A DNA stretch of 28,564 bases from a virus (IMGVR_UViG_3300025821_000030:1-28564), one strand, 5' to 3'; shown: positions 9,719 through 18,375, counted from the first letter of the stretch. Notes: generated by a model from the letters alone, not told the origin. Numbers and translations: made by a program.

Positions 9719-9756
9719 AATAATATGTGTTTAAATAATCTGTTTTAATTATAATG

Positions 9757-9788
9757 TAAATATACAATCAATAAAGTTATAAAACAAA
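9757..9788 (-). promoter_or_regulatory. Host-type (Bacteroidota) promoter candidate, TATATTTA variant of the -7 box
   Basis: TATATTTA at 9757-9764, with an upstream TTGTTTTATAA also found at the 15680 promoter. Confidence 0.5.
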
Positions 9789-9805
9789 AACTTTATAATA
9801 AATAT

Positions 9806-10987
9806 TTAACTAATTGTGTATTTGCCAAAGTTTTCTCCCCTTCCTAGGCTTTCCATTTCGTGATACCTAACCGCATCAACTGCGTGATTGAACGAGTCTG
9901 TAGGTTTATTTAACTGCTTTCCTGTGCGGTCTTTATCCCAACAGTATGCCCTTAGTTCTTTTATTAAATTGCTGCTCTTAGAAGTCACTAAATAGCTTTG
10001 TGATTGCATTATCTGAATACCGAAGTTAATTGAATCTGCTCCCTTCCTTACTCCCTTAATTACTTGTCCCGTTCTTCTGATCTCTTCTATGCTTTTAGGC
10101 TCTGAACTATCCGCATAAGCTATTACGTTCTTTTGTAGTTTCTTTGCTATGTCAGCATTAACTAAACCTGTCTCATAACAAATCTCGTTCAGAATCCTTT
10201 CACCGTTATAATTGTAAACTTCAATAATCGAACTTGGATCAACCGAGTATCCGAAGTCAACTCCGTAACCGAGTAGCCTTGCTTCATCGGGTATCTTATC
10301 AATTACTTTCCAATTACTAAACACAACACCCTCAAGCATTCCAACTAATCCTTCCCCGTATACCCTCCACCAATTCTCCCAATAGGAACTAGTCTTTGCT
10401 TTTAGTTTATTCTTTTCTATTTCTTTTACGATCCTTTGATCAAGTGCTTCGTTATCTCTGTAGGTAAGAATAAGAAAGTCACTATCTCCTTCATCTTTTA
10501 ATTCAGTATGAACCCAAAACTCATTAGCAGGGTTAAAGTCTAAATAAATTTCTTGTTTGGTTCTTATCGCAAGTTCGTTATAGGAATTAAAATCAACGTT
10601 GTTGCATTCGTTAATATAAAGAATATCCCTTCTTGCTCCTCTTAACTTAGATGAATCATCAGCACTAAAAAATTCAATATAACTGCCATTGGCGAACTCG
10701 TATCTAAGAAACGATTTATTAAACCTTTGCTCAAAATACCTACCTGTCCATTTCATTATATTTAAGAAGTCCTTTAATGCTCCTCTTCTTAAATGTGGTA
10801 TAGATTCAGCGACTACTGAGATTTCTATGTTTGAGTTTTTAGTAGCCTTATCAATTAATATAGGTAATATCCCAAAAGTCTTTCCTGCAGATGTTCCCCC
10901 TTGAATTATCTTAACTCTTTTATTTAGTTTTATTATTTTATTAATCGCTGTTGTCCTTACTAACATCGGGGAATAAAGGTTGTTCAA
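9806..10987 (-). CDS. terL: Terminase large subunit (PBSX/Terminase_3 type)
   Basis: Walker A IQGGTSAGKT, LRGARRD, Walker B LYINE, DFNP, nuclease GVDFGY and NHAVDAVRY; true start may be MLVRTT at 10966. Confidence 0.95.
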   Translation of the reverse strand: MNNLYSPMLVRTTAINKIIKLNKRVKIIQGGTSAGKTFGILPILIDKATKNSNIEISVVAESIPHLRRGALKDFLNIMKWTGRYFEQRFNKSFLRYEFANGSYIEFFSADDSSKLRGARRDILYINECNNVDFNSYNELAIRTKQEIYLDFNPANEFWVHTELKDEGDSDFLILTYRDNEALDQRIVKEIEKNKLKAKTSSYWENWWRVYGEGLVGMLEGVVFSNWKVIDKIPDEARLLGYGVDFGYSVDPSSIIEVYNYNGERILNEICYETGLVNADIAKKLQKNVIAYADSSEPKSIEEIRRTGQVIKGVRKGADSINFGIQIMQSQSYLVTSKSSNLIKELRAYCWDKDRTGKQLNKPTDSFNHAVDAVRYHEMESLGRGENFGKYTIS

Positions 10988-11267
10988 TATTAGTTTGTTC
11001 TATTTGCTGCACAGGTGAGCCATAACCCGAATCCATTAAAACCTTATAAGCGTTTACGTCACCGTTCCTAGCTTTTTTAATTAAAGCTAAAGTCATTAAG
11101 TCTTCTTGGCTCATTGTTTCCAATTCAGACGTTAACGGGTTCTTTAGTTCTTGGTTTACTTCTAGCCACCTTCTTGCTATTGTGCTTCTATTCTTTCTGC
11201 CTTTGGGTCTACCGTTTGGGTTACCGCTTTGTCCTTTTTTAAAAGGTATTAAATCTTCTTTGCTCAT
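10941..11267 (-). CDS. Terminase small subunit candidate (DUF5681-like)
   Basis: FKKGQSGNPNGRPKG N-terminus and KARNGDVNAYK.LMD..YG motif; immediately upstream of terL. Confidence 0.75.
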   Translation of the reverse strand: MSKEDLIPFKKGQSGNPNGRPKGRKNRSTIARRWLEVNQELKNPLTSELETMSQEDLMTLALIKKARNGDVNAYKVLMDSGYGSPVQQIEQTNIEQPLFPDVSKDNSD

Positions 11268-11285
11268 TCTGTTTTTGTTCTGTTT

Positions 11286-11702
11286 CTAATATTTTAAAGT
11301 TTTTAATTCTTCTTGTTTATCATAGTAAGCCATTAACTCTCTATCGTTTGTGCTGCCTTCTCTTGGTTTTGTCATTCCCCCAAAAGAAATTTGTCCTTTT
11401 AACTTCCTATACTTACCATAAACAATGCCATCAAGACACGCCCAAATAATAACGCAATTACTTCTCTTCTCTTGCATCTTAATTAATTTCTTTACTGCAA
11501 TAGGTAGCGGATAAGACGTGTCCATGTATCTACCTTTCCTTCCTTTTATTTCTGCAAAACAAATAAACTCACCATCAAGAAAAAGTTTGTAATCTAAATC
11601 AAACCTATTTAACTTTTCATAAGTACCCGAAAACAAACTAACGAATTTCTTTATCGCTTTTTCTTCTCTGTCTAAGTCTTCGGGTCTTTCAAATATAGGC
11701 AT
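11286..11702 (-). CDS. PD-(D/E)xK nuclease-like protein
   Basis: LDY...FAEIKGR catalytic-type motif; 138 aa. Confidence 0.55.
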   Translation of the reverse strand: MPIFERPEDLDREEKAIKKFVSLFSGTYEKLNRFDLDYKLFLDGEFICFAEIKGRKGRYMDTSYPLPIAVKKLIKMQEKRSNCVIIWACLDGIVYGKYRKLKGQISFGGMTKPREGSTNDRELMAYYDKQEELKTLKY

Positions 11703-12822
11703 CTGAATATTCTTTACCGTTTATTTTAACCGTCAAGGTATCATCTAGCTTTCTCATTCGATCTATTATCACTTGACAATACTTTGGATCAATTTCCATT
11801 CCGTAGCACTTACGATCAAGTTGGTGAGATGCTACCATTGTTGATCCACTACCACAGAACAAATCAACAATTTTTTTATTTGCCTTATGATTATTTAATG
11901 CTCTACTCGCTAAAGTAATTGGCTTTTGTGTGGGGTGCTGATAATTTGTATCTTTTGCTAAATTCCACAAATCACTTTCATTATTAATTCCATCATCCAA
12001 TTTTCCATTAAATAAACAAAATTCATGTTGATGTCTATATCCTCTCCCTAAACCAAAAACATTTTTTGCCCATACTATACAAGCCTTAAATTCTAACTTA
12101 CTTTGTAATAGTCCGTAAAATTTCCAATTACACCAAACATAATAATTAATAGGGTTAAGAATTTTAAGAATAGAAACAAATCCTTCAATTAATTCTGTAA
12201 ATTCTTTTATTGGCAAATCATCATTTTCAATAACATCAAACTTTCCACTCCTACCATTAAAAGCCACATTATAAGGGGGATCGGTAAATATCATATCTGC
12301 CTTCTCACCATTCATTAACTTAGCCACTTGATCTGAATCTGTTGAATCTCCACATAATAAACGATGCTCACCGATCTCAATCAAATCACCTAACACAACA
12401 TCAACCTTTAAATCATCGGGTTCTTCATAGTTATCCTCCTCTGCCTCTAGTTCATTAGGAAAGTCGGGAACATCTAAACCCCATTCATCTAATTGATCTA
12501 CATCCCATTCGTTTGCTAATGTATCCCAATCCCATTCTCCGAATCCGACATTATCCTTAACGATAAATTCTTTCTTTTGTTCTTCAGTCCAACCTTCAGC
12601 CACATCTACCCACACCTTTTTAACACCTGCATCTTTACAGGCTTTCAATCTCATGTTACCTCCTAGAACCATCATAGCTTCATCAACTACTATAGCTCTC
12701 TTCTCTAGCATTTGTGGAAATTCTTTAATGCTCTTTACTAGCTTTTTAAACTTATCATCTTTTATGGTTCTTGGATTGTTTGGGTTTGTCAGAACCTCAT
12801 TAATGTTTACTTGCTTTATCAT
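11689..12822 (-). CDS. ParB-like N-terminal domain fused to an N6/N4 DNA methyltransferase (beta class)
   Basis: NPNNPR, LGGNMR and KDN in the ParB-like part; HRLLCGDST, DPPY, HPTQKP, DLFCGSGST and GMEIDPKY in the methyltransferase part. Confidence 0.9.
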   Translation of the reverse strand: MIKQVNINEVLTNPNNPRTIKDDKFKKLVKSIKEFPQMLEKRAIVVDEAMMVLGGNMRLKACKDAGVKKVWVDVAEGWTEEQKKEFIVKDNVGFGEWDWDTLANEWDVDQLDEWGLDVPDFPNELEAEEDNYEEPDDLKVDVVLGDLIEIGEHRLLCGDSTDSDQVAKLMNGEKADMIFTDPPYNVAFNGRSGKFDVIENDDLPIKEFTELIEGFVSILKILNPINYYVWCNWKFYGLLQSKLEFKACIVWAKNVFGLGRGYRHQHEFCLFNGKLDDGINNESDLWNLAKDTNYQHPTQKPITLASRALNNHKANKKIVDLFCGSGSTMVASHQLDRKCYGMEIDPKYCQVIIDRMRKLDDTLTVKINGKEYSDAYI

Positions 12823-12986
12823 CCAACCTCTGTGTTCTCAATGATAAAATCCTTTGTCCTTCTTATCATGTAATTTTGATCCTTCTTTGTTTTAAAAGTT
12901 CTAGGTATTTGCACCCATATTTTAGTAGGATCATCTTCTGTGAAGAAATTTCTTAATGATTTTTTTATTGCTTTAATTAACCTCAT
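12819..12986 (-). CDS. Small hypothetical protein (55 aa; not in ORF track)
   Basis: MRLIKAIKKSLRNFFTEDDPTKIWVQIPRTF...; ATGA overlap with the methyltransferase gene. Confidence 0.55.
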   Translation of the reverse strand: MRLIKAIKKSLRNFFTEDDPTKIWVQIPRTFKTKKDQNYMIRRTKDFIIENTEVG

Positions 12987-13341
12987 ACTTATTTAATTTA
13001 CGTTTTAAGTTTTCCACTTTGTTTTCCAAGTAATGGATTTTATCAAGAGTGTCAAGATCAACAGGCTTAAAATTAAACTGCTTTTCTAACACATCAAGGT
13101 TTTTATTCTCATCCTTATAAACAGGATAATAATGGTGGCTATGCATTATTGTTGCATGAGTAATGTCCTTTGCATTTGCCTTAAAGAATAAAGCAATACT
13201 AGTCCACCTTAAATTCATCTTATCCCTTAGTAAGTAAATCAAAAGTGAACGGTAATGAATCACCTCTTTCTTTCTACTGTCTTCGAAAACATTTACTTTA
13301 GTTTTCTTTATAATTCTATCGCTTATTTCTTGTGCCGTCAT
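12973..13341 (-). CDS. DnaA C-terminal-like helix-turn-helix DNA-binding protein
   Basis: SRKKEVIHYR...IALFF...HATIMHS resembles the DnaA domain IV signature; probable start MTAQEIS at 13341. Confidence 0.6.
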   Translation of the reverse strand: MTAQEISDRIIKKTKVNVFEDSRKKEVIHYRSLLIYLLRDKMNLRWTSIALFFKANAKDITHATIMHSHHYYPVYKDENKNLDVLEKQFNFKPVDLDTLDKIHYLENKVENLKRKLNKYEVN

Positions 13342-13529
13342 TTTAAATATCTTTTTACTTCTGTCCAAAATTCTATCTGATAAGTGTAAGGTAACCCCCA
13401 CTTAAATAATTCATCTATCAATATTAAACTAGCCTTCTTAGAGGCATCCTCATCAATGCCGCATTCCCTAATGTGTCTACTGATTAACTGCTGAGCTTTA
13501 TCACTTGCGTTTTTTTCTCTTTCTGTCAT
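13338..13529 (-). CDS. Hypothetical protein
   Basis: 63 aa; ATGA-coupled on both sides. Confidence 0.65.
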   Translation of the reverse strand: MTEREKNASDKAQQLISRHIRECGIDEDASKKASLILIDELFKWGLPYTYQIEFWTEVKRYLK

Positions 13530-13744
13530 AGTTCCAATATTTTGTTCATCCTATCTAAATGTTCTAGTTCTTTCTTTAATCTTTCAATGTATAAAGTAGC
13601 ATCCATCAATTCTTCTTGAAGATGAATAAGCCATTCTAAGGGACTTAAATCTTTTCTATCTAATGTCACACCGTATTTCTTTATTCCTTCCTCTGAGCGT
13701 TCTTTAAATTTGTTTAGAACGCTTTCTACTATACTATCTGTCAT
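13526..13744 (-). CDS. Small MazG-like/all-alpha nucleotide pyrophosphohydrolase-like protein
   Basis: G.KKYGVTL...WL.HLQEELMDATLY contains an EExxD metal-binding motif. Confidence 0.5.
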   Translation of the reverse strand: MTDSIVESVLNKFKERSEEGIKKYGVTLDRKDLSPLEWLIHLQEELMDATLYIERLKKELEHLDRMNKILEL

Positions 13745-13841
13745 GCGGTTTGTGTAAGTCTATAAAATTTCCAATTATTAAAATCAAAACACTTGCTATT
13801 ATTATAAACAAAGTGCCTAGTATTCTTTTAGCCTTCTTCAT
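13734..13841 (-). CDS. Small membrane peptide (35 aa; not in ORF track)
   Basis: MKKAKRILGTLFIIIASVLILIIGNFIDLHKPHDR: basic N-terminus plus one hydrophobic helix. Confidence 0.5.
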   Translation of the reverse strand: MKKAKRILGTLFIIIASVLILIIGNFIDLHKPHDR

Positions 13842-14001
13842 TTTCTATCCGTTTAATTAAAATATTTATTTCCTTATCTAATCTTTTTAATCCTCTTGTC
13901 AAACCAACTATTGTTATTTGATCAATGTATGGATTAAGAATTAATTTTCTTGCCTCATCTCTTATTTTTATCTTAGTGTTTAATTCTGCTTTTAAGTTCA
14001 T
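13828..14001 (-). CDS. Small hypothetical protein (57 aa; not in ORF track)
   Basis: MNLKAELNTKIKIRDEARK...; ATGA overlap with the exonuclease stop. Confidence 0.55.
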   Translation of the reverse strand: MNLKAELNTKIKIRDEARKLILNPYIDQITIVGLTRGLKRLDKEINILIKRIENEEG

Positions 14002-14696
14002 TCTGTTCTAAGTTTTAAAAGGTTGTAGCACTCTATGTATTTTTCCCTTGCTTTGCTCTTGTATCGTTCTTTAAAAAGAAGGTATAACATTTTAGTGAAT
14101 TGATATTTTGTGTCACAGTCCTTGTAATATTTCTGTGCAAACTTGACACCTTTTCCTTTAAAGTAGTTGACGTTATCCGCAGTATCCCCGACTATCATTT
14201 GAGTGTAAAAGTTTTTTAACGCATCATATTCCGATATGTCTAAAACTTCTTTTTTGTTGTACTTATATATCAACGCAGGGAATTGAAGGTAATCTTTATC
14301 AATGCTAACAATCATTACCTTATCTCTTCCGTAGATATCGCTTAAGGATTTCCAATGTGCTGCAACTAAATCATCTGTTTCCATTCCGCACCCTTGAATC
14401 CCTTTGTAAGTCTTTCTGACATGATCATGTATTTGAGGTAATAAAGGAGGTTTTTGTCCTGTTCTATTGGCTTTGTATTTCTTAGTAATTAGCTTTCTAA
14501 AGTTTCCCCTGCTATCATTAAAAACTAAAACCTCTTCTACATTGTACAACTCCGATAGTTCATTTATAACCCTTTGAAAAGTCTCATCAAATTTTAAAAT
14601 AACATCTTCAATGTTTTCAAAAAATGATCCTTCTTCCTCTCTAGGTTTGTAGCAACTTGCGAACACTAAACTATCTGCGTCAATCAGCAAGATCAT
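13998..14696 (-). CDS. 5'-3' exonuclease/flap endonuclease (T7 gp6/T5-like)
   Basis: LIDADS, NFRK, YKANR, ETDD, SIDKD and GDTADN...GKG motifs. Confidence 0.85.
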   Translation of the reverse strand: MILLIDADSLVFASCYKPREEEGSFFENIEDVILKFDETFQRVINELSELYNVEEVLVFNDSRGNFRKLITKKYKANRTGQKPPLLPQIHDHVRKTYKGIQGCGMETDDLVAAHWKSLSDIYGRDKVMIVSIDKDYLQFPALIYKYNKKEVLDISEYDALKNFYTQMIVGDTADNVNYFKGKGVKFAQKYYKDCDTKYQFTKMLYLLFKERYKSKAREKYIECYNLLKLRTE

Positions 14697-14802
14697 CTTC
14701 GCTAATTACTTTACAATTCTCCTTACAAGCATCGCACCTTTCAGAATGTTCTACCACTCTTGCTCCGCAGCAGTTGCTTATTCCTTCTTCGTAGTCTATC
14801 AT
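14680..14802 (-). CDS. Small Cys-rich putative Zn-binding protein (40 aa; not in ORF track)
   Basis: MIDYEEGISNCCGARVVEHSERCDACKENCKVISEDDLAD; ATGA coupling upstream. Confidence 0.65.
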   Translation of the reverse strand: MIDYEEGISNCCGARVVEHSERCDACKENCKVISEDDLAD

Positions 14803-15053
14803 TTAATTGGGATTTGTAAAAATGGTCCGTTAAAATTCATTGTGTATTCCTCATCAATATCAAAGCACTCTTTTGTCTCAGCATTAAAAAAGGTTAATCT
14901 TTCCTTAATCAATTCAATAAAGAACATATGCTGATATGGTGTTGTGTTAATAAAAAAATCAACTACATCTTGATACTCCTCTTTTAAAGAGGATTCTTTT
15001 GCAGGGTTAACTTTTCCCTCTATAATTTTTGGTTCAAATTTTTTATTTTTCAT
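14799..15053 (-). CDS. Hypothetical protein
   Basis: 84 aa; AAACAGATATG start context shared with other early genes. Confidence 0.7.
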   Translation of the reverse strand: MKNKKFEPKIIEGKVNPAKESSLKEEYQDVVDFFINTTPYQHMFFIELIKERLTFFNAETKECFDIDEEYTMNFNGPFLQIPIK

Positions 15054-15160
15054 ATCTGTTTATAAATTTATTTCTAATGTGTAAATAATCAAACCAATAC
15101 TCAAACCACCTATTGTATTCATCGTAATCATTAAATGATTTTTTGGCTTTAAGGTATTTA

Positions 15161-15385
15161 TTATAAGCTGCCTTTACTTCCCATTCTTGAATATCTTTTT
15201 CTATAATCCATTCGTATGACATCGCTCAATAGTTTAGTTGGATAACACTCTTTACATACAGTCCAATCGGGTAATGATTCTAAATCATTAGATGATGCTG
15301 CGTAGTTTCCACAATCGGGACACTCAATCACATACAATGCGTTATGAATCTTTTTCCGTTCCCTTATCAATTTTGATTTGCTCAT
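15161..15385 (-). CDS. Zn-ribbon protein
   Basis: CPDCG...CKEC motif. Confidence 0.65.
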   Translation of the reverse strand: MSKSKLIRERKKIHNALYVIECPDCGNYAASSNDLESLPDWTVCKECYPTKLLSDVIRMDYRKRYSRMGSKGSL

Positions 15386-15482
15386 TTTCTTTTAGTTTTT
15401 CTGCAAGTACTTCAGCTTCTTTTACGATTTCGTCTAATCCTCCCATGAGGTTTCCGAATAAGTGATCTAGTGAATTTTCCAT
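15342..15482 (-). CDS. Small hypothetical protein (46 aa; not in ORF track)
   Basis: MENSLDHLFGNLMGGLDEIVKEAEVLAEKLKE...; A-rich AAACAGATAAAACT start context. Confidence 0.5.
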   Translation of the reverse strand: MENSLDHLFGNLMGGLDEIVKEAEVLAEKLKENEQIKIDKGTEKDS

Positions 15483-15501
15483 AGTTTTATCTGTTTTTTT
15501 T

Positions 15502-15654
15502 TTAAACTTCCGTTAAATCTGATTCGTGAAAAGATTCAGTCCATCGTCCTATTTTAACAATAACGAAAGAACCTACTATCTCTTCTACTGTTCCTTTTTT
15601 TCCTCCGTATGCTTTAGAGATTTTTACTCTTGATCCTATATCTAACTTTTTCAT
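15502..15654 (-). CDS. Small KOW/SH3-like protein
   Basis: Probable start MKKLDIGSRVKI...YGGKKGTVEEI (KOW-like); the longer ORF call runs through the promoter. Confidence 0.6.
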   Translation of the reverse strand: MKKLDIGSRVKISKAYGGKKGTVEEIVGSFVIVKIGRWTESFHESDLTEV

Positions 15655-15679
15655 ATCTGTTTGTTTGTTAATCATGTAG

Positions 15680-15709
15680 CAAATATAAAACAAAAGTTTT
15701 ATAAAACAA
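15680..15709 (-). promoter_or_regulatory. Host-type Bacteroidota promoter (-7 TATATTTG)
   Basis: Intergenic TAnnTTTG box at 15680-15687 with upstream TTG. Confidence 0.7.
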
Positions 15710-15712
15710 CAG

Positions 15713-15919
15713 TTAATCAATTTTTATTTCAGAATATTTTTTATTTATGTCAGCAATCATATTGTTTATCTGAGCAGGGTTGCACTTACAAGGCATTTGT
15801 AAAGGATGATTAAAGTTCCTTGCGTGTATGTTACAGACTAATAAATACTCTTCGTGAGTAATAGTTGAGCCTTTTACTTTCTTGAACTCAGTCCATTGCT
15901 TTATTTCTTCTTCATTCAT
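15713..15919 (-). CDS. Hypothetical protein with PCKC motif
   Basis: 68 aa; ATGA-coupled to the 45-aa CGC peptide upstream. Confidence 0.65.
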   Translation of the reverse strand: MNEEEIKQWTEFKKVKGSTITHEEYLLVCNIHARNFNHPLQMPCKCNPAQINNMIADINKKYSEIKID

Positions 15920-16053
15920 CTTATTATATTGTTTAGTTTTTTTCTTCGATCATCGCACCCACAATCCTTTCCTGTAATTTTAGTATATAACTCAACCAAG
16001 AACTTAATTCCTGTAAACTTGGTAAAGTAATAAATCCAATCTCCTATTTTCAT
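15916..16053 (-). CDS. Small protein with DCGC motif (45 aa; not in ORF track)
   Basis: MKIGDWIYYFTKFTGIKFLVELYTKITGKDCGCDDRRKKLNNIIR; ATGA overlaps at both ends. Confidence 0.7.
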   Translation of the reverse strand: MKIGDWIYYFTKFTGIKFLVELYTKITGKDCGCDDRRKKLNNIIR

Positions 16054-16535
16054 ATCACTTTTTTTAATTTGTCTTTAACTTTTTTAAACGTATTGTAAAG
16101 AGAATAGTAAGGTATCTTAGTCTTTCTTGATAAATCAGCTATACTACTTCCATCATCAATGATTTGATAAACCTTTCTGTCATACCAAAATAACTGATCC
16201 ACTTCTTTTTCTACATTTTGAAAAGCCTTATCGTAATCAATGTCATCTTCTTTGGTTCTTATATCAACGTCTTCTATATTAACGATAACTACTTTGTTTT
16301 CTTTTCTTTTTAAATCCAAGAATAAAGTTCTTAAGGTTTTAAATACATAAGAATAATTGAAATCGTTATCCTCATAACTAATGTCTAAGCCTTGATCTAT
16401 TTTTAGTTGTAGCTTTATATACATTTCTTGAACTAAGTCCTCAGCGGTGTCTGCATTGCATCCAAACGATTGAACGATGTACTTCCAATCTTTATGCCTA
16501 TCCGCTATTTTTATTAAAATCTTTAAGTGGGTCAT
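16050..16535 (-). CDS. Phage sigma-70/ECF-like RNA polymerase sigma factor
   Basis: Region-2-like AEDLVQEMYIKL...YVFKTLRTLFLD; region-4 HTH SIADLSRKTKIPYYSLYNTFKKVK; 161 aa. Confidence 0.75.
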   Translation of the reverse strand: MTHLKILIKIADRHKDWKYIVQSFGCNADTAEDLVQEMYIKLQLKIDQGLDISYEDNDFNYSYVFKTLRTLFLDLKRKENKVVIVNIEDVDIRTKEDDIDYDKAFQNVEKEVDQLFWYDRKVYQIIDDGSSIADLSRKTKIPYYSLYNTFKKVKDKLKKVI

Positions 16536-17322
16536 ATATATCTCCTATTACTTCGGGCAGTCCAACCTCGTTAACTTTAAAGGAGAACTTTTCAAAAGGG
16601 TAACCCCTGCTTCTTTTACAAGATACGGTAACCCAATCTTTATGAACGTTGTTTAATTCTAACTCTATTTGAGTTTCTGTTTTCTTTTCTAAGAAACTAC
16701 CCAAATGCCCTGTTGGTTTTGAAGTCCCTGCATTGCTATGAATTACCGTAATGATGTGACAATTAAACCTAGCAGTCCACTCCATTAATTTCTGAACGCA
16801 AAGGTTGCTTTGTTCTAAATCATTTACATCTGAAACGAGATCAGCAATCCCATCAATTATTAAAACTCCAACATTTTCAAAGTCAATTAAAGCCTGTTCT
16901 ATTGCTATAATTCTATCCTTATAAGACAACTGCCTTAAAGCAAATGTATGATAATTATCGGAAACCCCCGACATATCTATAACTCTACGGAATCCAATGG
17001 AGGCATGAAAGTTTGCTTGTTCAGTATCAAAGTGCAATAATTTCTTACCTTCTCTATTCCCTCTGATCTCTCCGCTAAAGTGATTAGATGCCATATAAGC
17101 AGATGCTAAAAGGCTTACGAAGAAACTCTTTTTTGACTTAGGAGGTGCTTGTATAAAACTGAAATTACCATAAGTACCTATCGGAACTTTTAAAACCTTA
17201 TTACCTGCTTTAGTGCTTAGTACTTTATTTCCGTAAGAAATAGCAACAGGTGGATATTCTACTTTTTCTCGAGGATCAATTTCGCATTCTTTTAATAGCT
17301 GCCTCGCTTTTTCGTTTGTCAT
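16498..17322 (-). CDS. AAA_25/RecA-fold ATPase, putative replicative helicase
   Basis: Walker A-like APPKSKKS, FDTEQ, Walker B IIDGIAD, VIH.N and GHLGS motifs. Confidence 0.75.
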   Translation of the reverse strand: MTNEKARQLLKECEIDPREKVEYPPVAISYGNKVLSTKAGNKVLKVPIGTYGNFSFIQAPPKSKKSFFVSLLASAYMASNHFSGEIRGNREGKKLLHFDTEQANFHASIGFRRVIDMSGVSDNYHTFALRQLSYKDRIIAIEQALIDFENVGVLIIDGIADLVSDVNDLEQSNLCVQKLMEWTARFNCHIITVIHSNAGTSKPTGHLGSFLEKKTETQIELELNNVHKDWVTVSCKRSRGYPFEKFSFKVNEVGLPEVIGDIYDPLKDFNKNSG

Positions 17323-17338
17323 GTGTGGTATATTAAGT

Positions 17339-17365
17339 AAAAAAAAAGGGGGAACTTAATCCCCC
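17339..17365 (-). terminator. Rho-independent terminator after ssb
   Basis: GGGGGA-TTAAGT-TCCCCC followed by T9. Confidence 0.75.
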
Positions 17366-17369
17366 ATTA

Positions 17370-17657
17370 TCAGAAAGGTAAATTTGAATCTGATTCTTCA
17401 ACAACTTCTTCCCTTTCAGCAAGAACGATTGTCCCATCAGTCCAAAATACAGAACCATTACCAATGTATTGTTTTGCCTTCTTGGCTTCCCTTTCTTCCT
17501 TACTCTGTGGAACGGTTGCTGCAATGTTATTCCCAAATCGGGATTCATCATTGATAGCTATGGTGATGTTGCAATATACTGCTCCATCCTTACCTTTGAC
17601 AAAATTCTCCTTTGGAAGTTTGTCTACTCTTAAATTAATATTACCTAGTGTACTCAT
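17370..17657 (-). CDS. Single-stranded DNA-binding protein (Bacteroidota phage type)
   Basis: 95 aa with acidic tail ending SNLPF; YIGNG motif; follows the ERF gene. Confidence 0.7.
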   Translation of the reverse strand: MSTLGNINLRVDKLPKENFVKGKDGAVYCNITIAINDESRFGNNIAATVPQSKEEREAKKAKQYIGNGSVFWTDGTIVLAEREEVVEESDSNLPF

Positions 17658-17659
17658 TT

Positions 17660-18193
17660 TTATTTGTTTAAATTTAACTCTAATTCAATATCGTGACTTA
17701 CGATATATTTCTTTTTTACATCCTCAATACTAAAGCCTTTCTTCATAGCATCTACTACCTTTTTGTAATTAGGAGTATTTTTTACAAGCGTAGGCTTTTG
17801 GGTCTTGTCATGATTATTCAAAGCATCAGAATCTTGAGTATCATCAATTAAGAATAAATTCCCAAGAGAGTACTTCTTTCCATAAGAGGAGGCAGAACCA
17901 AATCTTTGAGGCATTTGCATTCCCTTCTGTTCAGAATCAACTCCTACAATAGCAGTAGCTTTTATCTTTTGAACACCATCATAAATAACCGCAGTAGATT
18001 GAATAATGTACTCGCTTAAATACTTCTCTTCTATCCAAACCGATACGTTCAGTTTTAATAAAAAAGGTTTTATTGCTTCAAGTATATCTTCAGCACTTCT
18101 AAAGTTATACTTACCAAAGGCATTGAACCTTGATTTTTTAGCTTTCAATTCTGTTTGAATTGTTGCTAGTTTGTGACTAAGTGGTATATCCAT
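17660..18193 (-). CDS. erf: ERF-family ssDNA annealing recombinase
   Basis: IQTELKA.K..FN.FGKYNFRSAEDILEAIKP and Q..GSASSYGKKY.L..LF.IDD..D.D motifs. Confidence 0.85.
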   Translation of the reverse strand: MDIPLSHKLATIQTELKAKKSRFNAFGKYNFRSAEDILEAIKPFLLKLNVSVWIEEKYLSEYIIQSTAVIYDGVQKIKATAIVGVDSEQKGMQMPQRFGSASSYGKKYSLGNLFLIDDTQDSDALNNHDKTQKPTLVKNTPNYKKVVDAMKKGFSIEDVKKKYIVSHDIELELNLNK

Positions 18194-18202
18194 TTTTGTA
18201 AT

Positions 18203-18355
18203 TTAAAATTTAATTTGTTCGGGATTTTCCCTAGATTGCAACAATGCTTGTAGCATCTCAATCTTATTTTCCAACTTGTGAATAATTAGTTGAAATTCTT
18301 GAATCTGCACCTTGTGCTGATATCTTAAATCTTCTATGCTTACGATTTGTTCCAT
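18203..18355 (-). CDS. Small coiled-coil protein (50 aa; not in ORF track)
   Basis: MEQIVSIEDLRYQHKVQIQEFQLIIHKLENKIEMLQALLQSRENPEQIKF; directly after a promoter. Confidence 0.6.
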   Translation of the reverse strand: MEQIVSIEDLRYQHKVQIQEFQLIIHKLENKIEMLQALLQSRENPEQIKF

Positions 18356-18367
18356 CGTTTTTTTTGA

Positions 18368-18375
18368 CAAATATA
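18368..18375 (-). promoter_or_regulatory. Host-type Bacteroidota promoter -7 box (TATATTTG)
   Basis: Intergenic, ahead of the erf/ssb block. Confidence 0.65.

Noticed and set aside
15060-15131. Possible 23-aa hydrophobic ORF (MITMNTIGGLSIGLIIYTLEINL)
   Set aside because: Too short and lacks coupling or motif support.
17333-17551. 72-aa minus ORF overlapping ssb
   Set aside because: Alternative frame inside ssb that runs through a terminator.
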